A stretch of 60,050 bases of DNA from an uncultured Gammaproteobacteria bacterium (lineage in GTDB: Bacteria > Patescibacteriota > Patescibacteriia > Magasanikbacterales > GWA2-37-8), in assembly GCA_964478235.1 (NCBI GenBank), contig CAYZGX010000006.1, positions 1 to 60,050 on the forward strand, read 5' to 3'. The notes under the pieces were generated by a model that was not told the origin of the DNA, ran no database searches, and saw only the letters and a program-made list of their open reading frames with translations. This document shows, piece by piece, positions 10,301-19,725 of the stretch (position 1 is its first letter; every line of letters begins with the position of its first letter). A program made the position numbers and the translations under genes.

Positions 10301-13300
10301 CTACCGTCAACGCTTCGTCAGTTAAAGTTTCCCGTTGTGAATCTATCGATGAAAATGACACTTGTGTTAGTCCAACGCCAATTACTTTGACGCCAGGTAG
10401 TTTTGAGCTCAAAGCTGCTGGTGGAAGCGCTAACGCCGCGCGTCATTATTTGGAATTACAACCAAACGACCGCATTTGGGCCGACAACAGTTGGTATCAA
10501 GTATCTATCGGCGACACCGTCGCTAGCTTAGCGAGTGATGGCACTCGTGGCCCAACAGTCCCAGAAGAAAAACCATGTGGCGCTGGCACTGCGTATTGTT
10601 TTGCTTTCCGAAGTGGGGCGGTTGATTGTCAATTAAAAAATGTTTTAGTCACTCCTTCGTCGTTCGTTACTCAAGTGCTAGAAGCACCGATCCGTTTTTA
10701 TAACGCTTCTGGTCCGCTTGATCCGGTTATCTATCGGGCTAATGGCCTCAGTTCTCAAAAATGTGTCATGATGGACGTCAGCACTGTTCCGTGGGAATGG
10801 GAGACTGCTGGTATTCAGTATGCTGATATTTTTGGAGGACGAAGTGGTCAAACTGTCCGAGTTGAATCAAAAGCTAATACCGTTGGTGTTGGTGTAGAAA
10901 AAGATGCTGTCGACGTGTCGGCTAACGCTCGTTTGGTGACCGGTAGTGGCTCAAGTGTTAAAACCGGCGTCAGTCCATTGACCGTTGATTTAAGCACTCC
11001 AACTGTTATAGATTATTGGCCGAAATGTTTAGAGGCTTGTACCAACGCCGAGGTCGGTGTGCGTTTCAATGTCTCCATGTCTGACCGCAACCTTAACGGG
11101 GCAGTTGAAAAAGGTTCAGTCCAACTTCTTAAATGTAGCGATGAAAATTGTATCGACACAACTTCGGTTGGTAATTCTTCAGATATTTCGCTCCACCCAG
11201 AAAGTTCTGGAACAGTATTGCAAATCGCTAATTCATCCCAAACAGCTCGTGAACTGGAGCCAAATACTTTATATCAAATTGTTATCTCGACCAGTAGCAC
11301 CAATCCAACAACTGATAGTAAAGTTTTGTGGGCTCGGGCGAAGTCTACTGATGCTTCATCGGTCGGTAAGCCGTTTAACGAAACATTCACCTGGCGTTTC
11401 CGCACCAAGCAAGATCGCTGTAAGATTGATCGTGCTGAAGTGTTACCGAAATCATTTTTAGCCCGCACTATTTCTGAGCGTACAGTCTACACGGTACAAC
11501 CATACGCTTCTCCGGATGCTTGTTCGGCCAAAGGACAAAAATTAAACCCATGGACTGTTTCTTGGAGTTGGAGTTCGAGTGATACTGCTGTGGCGAGTGC
11601 TACTTCATTCACTACTCGCGGCACCAATCCAGCCTGCACTAATAAATGTGTAGTCAAAGGCAGTTCCTTGCCAGCCTCAACCAGCGCTAAGCCACTGCCA
11701 GTTTGTGGTAATGCCGTTATTGAAGCTGGTGAAGATTGTGACGGTCCAAGTCTAGAAAAACGCTGTAGCCTCGACTGTCGATTTATGGGAGTCGTTGGAG
11801 GTACTTGTGGTAACGGTGTAGTCGATAGATACGAAGCCTGTGATCCAAAAGATGCGACAACAGGTGCTGGTTGTTCTATTGACTGTCGCCGCACCGGTTC
11901 TGATAAAGCCACCTCCGCCGAAGCTGTATCGAGCTCTATCTGCGGTAACGGTCTTATTGGTTTGGGTGAAGATTGTGACGTTGGCATCAAAGCTTCAGTT
12001 GATAACAGCCAGTCTTCAGTCAATTGTTCTGCGCGCTGTCTCCATACAGGAAGTCGTTTGTCCACTAAATGGTGTGCTGACAATCGTAGTAACTTCGCTG
12101 GTTTTGAAGCCTCTGTATACAAAACAGCTTGCGCCACCGCCTTTAGTCAATGTGGCGACGGCGTCCAAAATCCAGACGAAGATCCAGGGTGTGATTTAGG
12201 CGACGGAAAGTTTGCTTCATTCTGTAATCAATATTGCATTATCAATTCAGCCACCAAGAGTGAATGTAGTGCTGGATCTGAAGGTTGTGGGGCCAACGGC
12301 CAACACCTTGGTTCGTCATTGTCATATTCAGTTCCTTCGCTATGTGGTAACGAGCGCGCAGAAATCGGTGAAGACGCTGTTTGTGAGCAGTCACTCACTG
12401 TTTCTCGTTCAAATTTATTTGATCCATGGGTGCTCGTTACGGCAGTTGGTCGGGGTGTTACGTCAGGTCAGCCCCCAGCACAGACAAGTAATATTAGAGC
12501 AGCCACCAACCAAGGGACTGCCAGCGGTGCTGTTGAGGGTGCTGCCGAATTTACTTTGAGTTGTGGCTATCGCAACGACGTGGAATGTTCTGAAGCAATG
12601 AACTCTACAGCTTACGGTGTAGGGGCAAATTCCTGTTGTTTTATAAAACCAACCCTACTCAGCACTGTCCCGGCTAACGGATCAACCAGTATTTGTCGCA
12701 ACACCGTTCTTGAAGCCAAGATTAACGGCGTCGTTGATTCCCGCACTCTGCCAGGTAATGTATTGATTGCGCGCGGTGTCTACGGTGCGAGTGCTACTTG
12801 TGGCTCAGGAGCAATCGACGTCACTGATTTGATGGCCCTCTATACTGGCGGCGAAACATCTGCCCCATGGTATTCTCGTGCTCTCGCCGTGGTCAAACGA
12901 TTGTTTGGTCAGTCTGTTTCTGCTGCCCCAGCCCTTCCAACCAAATGGTGTGCTGGTGAAATTCAAGGAACTGCCCATACTAGACAAGATGCTCTCAATA
13001 CTTCTACATCTTACATCACTGTTGACCTGCTTAAGCCTTTAGAAGAAAAAACCTATTATGCAGTTATTCTTGAAGACGGTGTTCGTGACTCCCGCGGCGT
13101 TAGTTTGTCAGTCAAAGGTGTGCCGCTTAATTGGAAATTTGAAACAGCCAGTAAGATTTGTGAAGTTGACGCTGTTAACGTAACGCCAGCCAACTGGTTC
13201 TTCTCCAAAACAGGAACAACAACCACACTGTTTGCCGAAGCAAAATCCCTGGCTTTTGGGGCTGTCCAATCTATCCCAGGAGTTTATTCTTGGAAGTTTA

Positions 13301-16300
13301 TTTGGGAACCAGATGATAATCCCTATGTTTTTGTACCAGACGTCGCTTCGGCCACCAACACTATCACTGCTCAAAACAGAAATGGTGAGTTGGATGTACG
13401 TGCCTTTGCAAGAATAGTCGATAATACCTTTGGCACAGCCACCGGCACTGTCGGCAACGGTAGCTCGCATGTTATTGTGTCGTTATGTGAAAATCCATGG
13501 CCATCACGTCAGGCGAGAAATAATGCCGGTGTATGGTTCAGTGCTTTCCCATTCAAAGACGCCAAGGGCAACACTAGTGGTTTTGACAGTCTCGCCAAAG
13601 TGTTCAACGGATCGGTAATTCCAAAATCGACAGTCGTTGCGCTAGGGGTAGGGGATGGCTATTTCAATTTTAGTACTCACTATTGTGCTGATAATGGCGG
13701 TGTAGGGACATTTGATGATTTACCATATCTACAACCAGCTGTTCCAAGCGACTCAGCGCTTTTCCGCTCCAACACTGGTAGTTGTGAAAATAGTGGTGAC
13801 ACCTGCCAAGTAGATAGTGATTGCGGTATTTATTATAATGACCCAGGCTTTGTTGCCCCTTCAAATGCTACGAGCGTCTGCGGCGGCACAACAGCAAATG
13901 GTGGTAAGCAGTATTTCTTCAACAGTACCGCCGACACGGTTCGCTGCTCTGCAGTGAGTGATTGTGCCAGCACCGAGTTCACTAGTTGGGCATCTCGCAA
14001 TAGCTATTCTCCAGCCTGTGTAGCTGTTCCAACAACCAACAAACGTCAATTATCTTGTTATAAATATCCTCCACTCAAACGATTTATCTTCACTAACACG
14101 GTGAATAGTGATGCTATCGGCATCCAGGTATTTGCCAACCCACAACACCTGACAGCTGAGCAATGGTATCAAAAAGATAAGAGTGCTGGCGGACAAGGAT
14201 TTGTCGGGTCGCTCCAAAAAGCTAGTATCTCAGGCTACCAAGCAGCCACCGACGGTAGTAATGTCTATGTTGATGCGCTTAACTATTCACCAGATTCAAA
14301 ACAACTGGAAAGTAATATTTATCTTTTCAGTATCAACCAAAATGCTAAACCAGAAACACGACAGGTTTTTGAACAACTGCTTAGCAATCTTAAGCTCAAC
14401 ACCAACCTAACCTACAACGACGGATACTGTGGTAGTTCAATGACTAATCCAGAATTCACTACCCGCTGCTCCAGCGATCTCGATTGTTCCGGCAGCCAAG
14501 TGTGTGTTAATCAGGTGGCAAAACTAAAAAATAACTATCAGCGTCTACGTGATCTGAAGCAAATTGATTCGTTACTCCAAGGGTATAGTCGAAATAACAG
14601 CGGTGCTTACCCAACGCTCGCGACCGGCAGTTTCTTACCAGGTCAAAGTTTGAGTGTCTGGGATTGGGCCGGTTTGTCACAAGCCCTCAATGTCGGCATT
14701 CCTCGTGATCCGATCAACAAGCTTGGTCGCGCTGGGACCTGCACCAAGAGTCCTTCTGCTTACTGCACCAAAGATAGCGACTGCTCTAATGACACTTGTA
14801 CACTTCACGATCCGCTCACTGGTTGGAGCACAGCCGACCGTCGTTTTAGTTTTGCTTGCTCACCAGATTCGTATGCCTACCGCTACACCTACACCCCAAA
14901 CGCTGGGTTTACTGTGCTTAGTAACTTTGAAGATGTTGGCTTTGATCCAAGTAATATAAAATCATTTATTGATGGTTTTAACTTCAGTGATTTGTCTCGA
15001 TTTAAAGGTGTCTTGCCTGATGGCGCTAGTTCAGGTGTGTGTGGGTCCGATAGAGAAGTGACCACTATCAACACTGGTACCTGTGGTGACGGTCAGATCA
15101 ATCTCACTAAAGGTGAGCAGTGTGATCCTCCAGGTTCCAAAGTGTATGACAGGAGTGCTTGTACCACAGTTGGTACCGGCTCAGCTACGATGAGAACCTG
15201 TAGTTCTGATTGTCGCCTAAGTACCCCTTCAACAGTTAGTTGTTTGGACGCCACCAAATGTGGTAATGGCCGTATTGATACCGGTGAGCAATGTGACGAC
15301 GGTGTTCAAAATGGTAAATGGAATAAATGTTCCACCTCCTGCACCTTCCCTCCGACCACGCCAAACCCTGGCTACTGTGGCGACAGAACGCTTCAGTCAG
15401 CTAATGAAGTGTGTGACGGCGGGCGACAAGTAACAACCTGTTCAACTGTCCAAGACTGTGCTCCTCAGCAAGTTTGTGTCGATAACACTACTTGTGGTAG
15501 CAAATGTCGTTGGAACAACACGCTGACAAATTCAAGCTGCTCTAGCGTAATGGGTTGCCGTGGTTATTTTAGTAATAGCCAGCAAGTTTTACAGTCGTGG
15601 TATGTTCCATCAGCCTCTCCAGCCACCGTTACTCCAGACAGTTTCATGACAAAAATTAATCTCGTTTCAGGGGTTAGTGGTATTACTAACATTCAGTACG
15701 TCTCCGCCAACTGTTCGACAGTTAGTTTCCCATACAACTGTACGATAGTCTTTAACTATAATGCAGCTGCCAACCCAACGTGTAATATAGCCATGAATTT
15801 GCGCGGTGAAGCCACGATGACCCTTGATCCGCGAACGCAATGTGTGGGAACAAATTGTCTTGGAACTATAAGTCAGATTAGCTCAAGTGGACCTGGCTGC
15901 GTCGGCGGAAGTACCCTGGCTGATAAAGATAAGATTACTATTTCTTTGACCAAAGACATCACTCCGTTGTCATGCGATCAAGATCCAGCATCGTGTGTGA
16001 CTACTCAGAGTTGCACCACCCAAAGTGTCTGTACTGCTCGCGAAGTTTGTACTACTGCGACCGTAGATATCGGACAGCCAACCTACGCCATGACCCGTAA
16101 CCAGTCGTGTAGTTGGGATTGTCAAAATTATGGTCCATATTGTGGTGACGGGGTTGTTCAAACACAATATGGTGAAGAATGCGATGGGGCCAAAACCTGC
16201 TCGCTTGGGGCTGTCTCTGGCAGTAAAGCTTGCTCGGCTTCTTGTAAATTTGTTGATTCATCCTCGGCTGGCTGGTGGCCACTCTCCACTCCATCGTCTT

Positions 16301-18471
16301 CGCCAACAGTCTTTATGAATAAGGCTACTTCTGGAAACGGTACTTGTTCAGGAAGTGGCTGTCCTTCGTTCTCGTCAGATGGTAGTAAAAACGGCCAAGG
16401 AACCTATCGTTTTGATGGCAGTGATGATGTGATAACCATTGCTAATAATGCCGCTTTGAATCCAACTGCTACACTATCTATTGAAGCCTGGGTTAAACCG
16501 GAAAACACTCGCAACTATCAGCGCGTGCTTGAAAAAGGCGGCTTCGCTGTTGGTGGTGGGTATGGAATTGAGCTTAACAATGGGAATTTGCCAGCCTTTG
16601 TTGTTTGGGGGGCAAGTGGAGCTAATGATCCAGCCACCAAGCGAGCAATTGATGCGACAACAGCTGTACCGGCGGGAGTATGGTCGCACATTGTGGCTAC
16701 CTACGAGTTCCGCGCTACCGCTCAGCAAGAAATTTTGAAAATATACATCAACGGCGTTCTCGATAATACGGTTACTCGTTCGGCCGCTGTGTCTGCCCTC
16801 AATACCAACACTTCGCCAATCACTCTTGGTCGAGCTGGCCGAGGAGCAAGTGACTTCTTCACTGGTTTCATGAACGATATTCGTATTTTAAATCGAGTTC
16901 TTCAGCAAAACGAAGTGACTGACAGATATAACAATACCGCCTGGCCATGTGGCGTACCTGCACAATCCTCAAATATCACTGTCGCAGCTGGAACCTGTGG
17001 CGATGGTATGGTTGATGCTGGTGAAGCATGCGATCTGGGGCTTGGTAAAAACGGCGATCGCAATTGGTGCAATCCAACGACTGGTCAAACCTGTCAGTAC
17101 TGTTCAGCTGACTGTCGAGCTAGTACCAACGCCACCTCAGAACAATTCTGTGGCAACGGCGTGCTTGAAGGTGCTGAAGTCTGTGAAACAGATCAGAGTA
17201 CCGGCCGTATGTACACTCGTTTCCAAGATAGAACATCTACCTATCCAAATCTAACTACTGCTCGCGGTGGTTATTTGGTGAAGCAGTGTGCGGCAGTAAT
17301 TCAAAACGACCCTAACGCCGAACTAGTTGAAAATAACATCTTTAAAAAAGGTACTAAAGTGTGTGCTCCGGATTGTACGCGCATTACTATTCAAGAAACA
17401 GGCAGTAACACTTGTGAACGTTGTGGTATCGATCCAAATGGCGTAGAAGTGCGTGGTATGGCGGTAAATGTCTTGTTGCCTAATCAAGCAACACCGTTTG
17501 ATGACCCAGCTTCAAGCAATGTTCCGCTCCTTGGTTTGTATGGCTATAATGCGTCTCCAGCCACAACAAGTTCAAATGCTTATCGTCTAGTACCAGTCTT
17601 ATTCGGATCGATGACTGCACCATTTACAGCTTTGCTCAACCCAAACAACGAGCCGAAATCATTTGTCTTTGCTGACAACGCCGGCACTCCGCTTCGTTTC
17701 AACCCAGACCCACTCTGTTCAGACAGTTCAAGTGGTATGAGTTATACTGTTGTTATGAATAATAACGGTCTTCATCATCCGATTTCGATTTTGAAACAGG
17801 CGCAATTATGGCAATACGATTTCGCAGTGTCACCGGTTATTCGTCAATCTATTCGACCAAATGATATGCGCGTGGTGGTCAGTTGGGTTGGGCCATTTGA
17901 CTTCAACGTCGGCTTAGCGCAGACAACAGCAACTGGTGTTAAAAACGACAATGACACTAATTTTGCGCCAAACGCTCGAACCGGTCTTGATTACTACACC
18001 AAAGCCTTCAGTGACAAATCCGTGGGTGGTTGGAATGTCTGGTATCATGGGTTAGGTCAAACAACCAACGGAACATCTGTTGAAGCCTTCACGATCGACA
18101 CTTCTCGAATGGTTGCCGAAACGTATAAGTTGTTTGTTCATTCACCAGGTCAATCAATTAAAAATTTCTCTTCGAACGCTCGTATCAAAGTGGATGTCTA
18201 CTTACCAAAAGCTCTGAGCACTGGTTACGAAGGTTTGATTAATGGTAACTATTACTATCCAGACAAACCAACCAAGACCATCTACTTTAGCGCTTCGGAT
18301 ATGACTACTACCAACCAATCAGCTTCATATTGGCATGCACTCACTATCAAACGAACTGGCGCTACGATGGTTGAAAAGATTGGTAAAGCCGCCTTCTTCA
18401 ATGCGACCAACGGCCAAGTATTAGAATTTGAAAATGGTCGTATTGTTACTAATGCTGCTGAAATGCAATAA
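7384..18471 (+). CDS. Giant (3695 aa) surface protein: pilin-like anchor, Gly linker, Ig-like and IPT/TIG domains, cysteine-rich CGxG..CD repeats, LamG-like domain
   Basis: Uninterrupted 11-kb ORF. Signal peptide ..PAEPALAQS. The anchor TDIRITIARIIRVALGLLGIIALVLTLYGGFVYMTAAGNEEKIAQAKKILLNAGVGLVIILSAF is paralogous to the preceding gene. IPT/TIG-like units: ITRFSPASGAPGTFVTIVGQFFG, ICSVSPVSGKPGDTVTVRGVGFG, ITSVSPAVSPAGGYITLTGRNFG. At least 11 CG(N/D)Gxxxx(G)E(x)CD repeats. LamG-like YRFDGSDDVITIANNAALNPTATLSIEAWVKPE. Confidence 0.9.
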   Translation: MSLFRSLVVRTLFTTTLVVGLVSLFSLVALPAEPALAQSASSSLDLGLSAGAETGLSNTDIRITIARIIRVALGLLGIIALVLTLYGGFVYMTAAGNEEKIAQAKKILLNAGVGLVIILSAFGIVSFVISSLVGATTGDGGISIDGGSGGEDDGGGGGGFSQSFYVSSLPQVGAVCIRNIKLAVQFNKDVDLTTVANNIVVQDTTLADQPVAGSWDYSSTSTKNRIVFSPEGSCAPSVGNDCLKPATAYKLNFVNPGNIKTLSKAPEMTLNCRLRAGCGPVDFTSGDGVDRLPPTVTINYPTTATVLEAGASVPVAITYTDDNGVQGLDLRRKIAGNDVFVDSVSFAGCKKTDTVTINWPTRTADAGAVILESSVIDWAGLSAKDTQSATLRPSHCFNGVVDNTLGEEELGPPECGGVCGACGGTTCTTSGSCASGVCSSGVCANVMKITRFSPASGAPGTFVTIVGQFFGTKPGKVFFATKDAPVVENASDWVEAGLVTCGGAVGSWGSGQIIVRVPAGIASYAHIKVESAPFLNASGAQTKNIDSTSRHIELNPFESNNVVRPSICSVSPVSGKPGDTVTVRGVGFGVLSSATDAVLFGDTEATVAQNASGQSAWSDTQISVTVPAVEAGAVGLTVAKNDVDSNSVRFTIEQGVDSGLPTITSVSPAVSPAGGYITLTGRNFGSRLGTVTFKTSAGASSILGDFSFPAACRETVWTDNSIIVKFPKNAGVVGQKYAIQVTSANAETSVFDSSQAVTLASGDPSPSICAISPASAPDPFPAGQTVKIYGDYFVTASAPSPTIYFSTAGASANSTSTGRVAVSSANIIQVTTNAATVVPPVGISTGPVSIYRPTDNQLSNPAQFGIFDCRSGGTCGEGTRCCSAGAQAGLCKADTELCSGEVLSAGYVWRFATKDIPPVPRVVERCDDVVSEGLALPSPAPSTQWDANQAGDSYKVCRSALATVEFTAFLDPTTVNASSVKVSRCESIDENDTCVSPTPITLTPGSFELKAAGGSANAARHYLELQPNDRIWADNSWYQVSIGDTVASLASDGTRGPTVPEEKPCGAGTAYCFAFRSGAVDCQLKNVLVTPSSFVTQVLEAPIRFYNASGPLDPVIYRANGLSSQKCVMMDVSTVPWEWETAGIQYADIFGGRSGQTVRVESKANTVGVGVEKDAVDVSANARLVTGSGSSVKTGVSPLTVDLSTPTVIDYWPKCLEACTNAEVGVRFNVSMSDRNLNGAVEKGSVQLLKCSDENCIDTTSVGNSSDISLHPESSGTVLQIANSSQTARELEPNTLYQIVISTSSTNPTTDSKVLWARAKSTDASSVGKPFNETFTWRFRTKQDRCKIDRAEVLPKSFLARTISERTVYTVQPYASPDACSAKGQKLNPWTVSWSWSSSDTAVASATSFTTRGTNPACTNKCVVKGSSLPASTSAKPLPVCGNAVIEAGEDCDGPSLEKRCSLDCRFMGVVGGTCGNGVVDRYEACDPKDATTGAGCSIDCRRTGSDKATSAEAVSSSICGNGLIGLGEDCDVGIKASVDNSQSSVNCSARCLHTGSRLSTKWCADNRSNFAGFEASVYKTACATAFSQCGDGVQNPDEDPGCDLGDGKFASFCNQYCIINSATKSECSAGSEGCGANGQHLGSSLSYSVPSLCGNERAEIGEDAVCEQSLTVSRSNLFDPWVLVTAVGRGVTSGQPPAQTSNIRAATNQGTASGAVEGAAEFTLSCGYRNDVECSEAMNSTAYGVGANSCCFIKPTLLSTVPANGSTSICRNTVLEAKINGVVDSRTLPGNVLIARGVYGASATCGSGAIDVTDLMALYTGGETSAPWYSRALAVVKRLFGQSVSAAPALPTKWCAGEIQGTAHTRQDALNTSTSYITVDLLKPLEEKTYYAVILEDGVRDSRGVSLSVKGVPLNWKFETASKICEVDAVNVTPANWFFSKTGTTTTLFAEAKSLAFGAVQSIPGVYSWKFIWEPDDNPYVFVPDVASATNTITAQNRNGELDVRAFARIVDNTFGTATGTVGNGSSHVIVSLCENPWPSRQARNNAGVWFSAFPFKDAKGNTSGFDSLAKVFNGSVIPKSTVVALGVGDGYFNFSTHYCADNGGVGTFDDLPYLQPAVPSDSALFRSNTGSCENSGDTCQVDSDCGIYYNDPGFVAPSNATSVCGGTTANGGKQYFFNSTADTVRCSAVSDCASTEFTSWASRNSYSPACVAVPTTNKRQLSCYKYPPLKRFIFTNTVNSDAIGIQVFANPQHLTAEQWYQKDKSAGGQGFVGSLQKASISGYQAATDGSNVYVDALNYSPDSKQLESNIYLFSINQNAKPETRQVFEQLLSNLKLNTNLTYNDGYCGSSMTNPEFTTRCSSDLDCSGSQVCVNQVAKLKNNYQRLRDLKQIDSLLQGYSRNNSGAYPTLATGSFLPGQSLSVWDWAGLSQALNVGIPRDPINKLGRAGTCTKSPSAYCTKDSDCSNDTCTLHDPLTGWSTADRRFSFACSPDSYAYRYTYTPNAGFTVLSNFEDVGFDPSNIKSFIDGFNFSDLSRFKGVLPDGASSGVCGSDREVTTINTGTCGDGQINLTKGEQCDPPGSKVYDRSACTTVGTGSATMRTCSSDCRLSTPSTVSCLDATKCGNGRIDTGEQCDDGVQNGKWNKCSTSCTFPPTTPNPGYCGDRTLQSANEVCDGGRQVTTCSTVQDCAPQQVCVDNTTCGSKCRWNNTLTNSSCSSVMGCRGYFSNSQQVLQSWYVPSASPATVTPDSFMTKINLVSGVSGITNIQYVSANCSTVSFPYNCTIVFNYNAAANPTCNIAMNLRGEATMTLDPRTQCVGTNCLGTISQISSSGPGCVGGSTLADKDKITISLTKDITPLSCDQDPASCVTTQSCTTQSVCTAREVCTTATVDIGQPTYAMTRNQSCSWDCQNYGPYCGDGVVQTQYGEECDGAKTCSLGAVSGSKACSASCKFVDSSSAGWWPLSTPSSSPTVFMNKATSGNGTCSGSGCPSFSSDGSKNGQGTYRFDGSDDVITIANNAALNPTATLSIEAWVKPENTRNYQRVLEKGGFAVGGGYGIELNNGNLPAFVVWGASGANDPATKRAIDATTAVPAGVWSHIVATYEFRATAQQEILKIYINGVLDNTVTRSAAVSALNTNTSPITLGRAGRGASDFFTGFMNDIRILNRVLQQNEVTDRYNNTAWPCGVPAQSSNITVAAGTCGDGMVDAGEACDLGLGKNGDRNWCNPTTGQTCQYCSADCRASTNATSEQFCGNGVLEGAEVCETDQSTGRMYTRFQDRTSTYPNLTTARGGYLVKQCAAVIQNDPNAELVENNIFKKGTKVCAPDCTRITIQETGSNTCERCGIDPNGVEVRGMAVNVLLPNQATPFDDPASSNVPLLGLYGYNASPATTSSNAYRLVPVLFGSMTAPFTALLNPNNEPKSFVFADNAGTPLRFNPDPLCSDSSSGMSYTVVMNNNGLHHPISILKQAQLWQYDFAVSPVIRQSIRPNDMRVVVSWVGPFDFNVGLAQTTATGVKNDNDTNFAPNARTGLDYYTKAFSDKSVGGWNVWYHGLGQTTNGTSVEAFTIDTSRMVAETYKLFVHSPGQSIKNFSSNARIKVDVYLPKALSTGYEGLINGNYYYPDKPTKTIYFSASDMTTTNQSASYWHALTIKRTGATMVEKIGKAAFFNATNGQVLEFENGRIVTNAAEMQ
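8720..9960 (+). repeat. Array of IPT/TIG-like beta-sandwich repeats inside the giant ORF (protein-level repeat)
   Basis: Four or more units of about 80-100 aa, each opening with I(T/C)xxSPxSGxPGxxVT(I/V)xGxxFG. Confidence 0.6.
11698..12390 (+). repeat. First cluster of cysteine-rich CGNG..E(D)CD repeats inside the giant ORF
   Basis: CGNAVIEAGEDCDG, CGNGVVDRYEACDP, CGNGLIGLGEDCDVG, CGDGVQNPDEDPGCD, CGNERAEIGEDAVCE. Further copies lie at 15078..15420 (3 copies), 16138..16188 and 16992..17187 (2 copies). Confidence 0.65.
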
Positions 18472-18483
18472 CCAACGTTTCAT

Positions 18484-18927
18484 ATGATGAAAAAAATTGC
18501 TATACTATCACTATTCGTTCTCCTTGGTTTTGGCTGTAAGGAAGGGGAGGGGCAGTTGGTAGAGGTGTCCAAAGAAGAAGGAATAAAAGTATCCGAAGCA
18601 GTGTCGCCAAAAGCGACAAGTACTGCGAGCGCCCCGGTTGTTACTACTTCCTCTAGTCAGATCGCTGAAAAGAAAGCAGAGTATGAAATAATTAAGACAG
18701 CTGTACTCAAAGATGCCGATCTCGACGGGTTGTCTAATGAAGAAGAAAAAACGCTCGGCACTGACCCAAACAACGCTGATACTGACGCCGATGGGGTGCT
18801 CGACGCTTCTGAAAAAACGTACAAGACCGATCCGCTCAAAGCAGATACCGACGGCGACGGGTATAATGATGGTATAGAAATTAAAAAAGGTTTCAACCCA
18901 GCGGGTCCTGGTAAATTGACTCTCTAA
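18484..18927 (+). CDS. Probable lipoprotein with thrombospondin-type-3-like Ca-binding repeats
   Basis: Signal/lipobox-like MMKKIAILSLFVLLGFGC. Asp-rich repeats DADLDGLSNEEE, DPNNADTDADGVLD, DPLKADTDGDGYNDGIE. C-terminal GFNPAGPGKL. Confidence 0.8.
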   Translation: MMKKIAILSLFVLLGFGCKEGEGQLVEVSKEEGIKVSEAVSPKATSTASAPVVTTSSSQIAEKKAEYEIIKTAVLKDADLDGLSNEEEKTLGTDPNNADTDADGVLDASEKTYKTDPLKADTDGDGYNDGIEIKKGFNPAGPGKLTL

Positions 18928-18936
18928 ACAATCTGT

Positions 18937-19707
18937 ATGTTTGACGATCAACCACTCGAACCAGAATCACAAGTGCCGCACAATTTGCCATCTGAGCCAG
19001 CTGACATGCTCGAAAGCGTTGAAAAAGACGACTCTGCACTGTCGTCGGCTGAAAAAGCTCCTCTGGCGTTTCCAAACGCCCTGTCATCGGGCCTTCTCAA
19101 GAAAAAAGAATCAGGTAGTGTGCCAGTTGGTGGAAGCCCTATGTCTGTGCCAGCTATGGCTACAGTTGAAGCTGGTGGTGGTTCGTTTGTAGGCGTTGCC
19201 TTCAAGATTCTCGGTGCGTTCGTGGTGGTTGGTGGTCTCGGAGTGGGCGGTTGGTGGTTCTACAGTAGTTTTGTAGCCGTCGAGCCTGAAATGACGACGG
19301 TGGTAGAAGAAACCGCCGCTCCGGCAGCCGTTCAGACTTCGGTGAGTGATACTTCGCTCGAAGTCGCTCCAGCAGTAACAACCTATCAAACACCAGCAGT
19401 TTCTCAATCTGCAACGGTCACTGCACGCACCAATAATGATGCAATCTTATTTGGTGAATTGACCGATACTGACAAAGACGGCTTAAGCGATATGCGCGAG
19501 CGCGAGCTTGGCACGGGTGTAAACAGTCTTGATTCCGATGGTGACACCGTGTCTGACAGTGATGAGGTGTTGGTTTGGAAGACCAACCCACTTAGTAGCG
19601 ACACTGATGGTGATTCGTATCCTGATGGTACGGAAATTAAAAATGGGTATAATCCGCTCGGTCCAGGTCGCCTGGTGTTACCAGGGGCATCAACCAGCAC
19701 TCAATAA
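18937..19707 (+). CDS. Membrane-anchored protein with thrombospondin-type-3-like repeats
   Basis: Central TM (VAFKILGAFVVVGGLGVGGWWFY). C-terminal TDTDKDGLSDMRERELG..DSDGDTVSDSDE..DTDGDSYPDGTEIKNGYNPLGPGRL. Confidence 0.8.
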   Translation: MFDDQPLEPESQVPHNLPSEPADMLESVEKDDSALSSAEKAPLAFPNALSSGLLKKKESGSVPVGGSPMSVPAMATVEAGGGSFVGVAFKILGAFVVVGGLGVGGWWFYSSFVAVEPEMTTVVEETAAPAAVQTSVSDTSLEVAPAVTTYQTPAVSQSATVTARTNNDAILFGELTDTDKDGLSDMRERELGTGVNSLDSDGDTVSDSDEVLVWKTNPLSSDTDGDSYPDGTEIKNGYNPLGPGRLVLPGASTSTQ

Positions 19708-19725
19708 TTATAAGGAGGACTATTT

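Noticed and set aside
11487-12137. 216-aa minus-strand ORF inside the giant gene, plus many ORFs of 60-130 aa between 7748 and 17254
   Set aside because: They are alternative or antisense frames of an uninterrupted 11-kb ORF with clear domain content, and have no independent signals.
18511-19700. Minus-strand ORFs 18511..18951, 18657..18896, 18948..19205, 19111..19407 and 19404..19700
   Set aside because: They are antisense to the TSP3-repeat genes, whose plus-strand frames carry signal/TM segments and conserved Asp-rich repeats.
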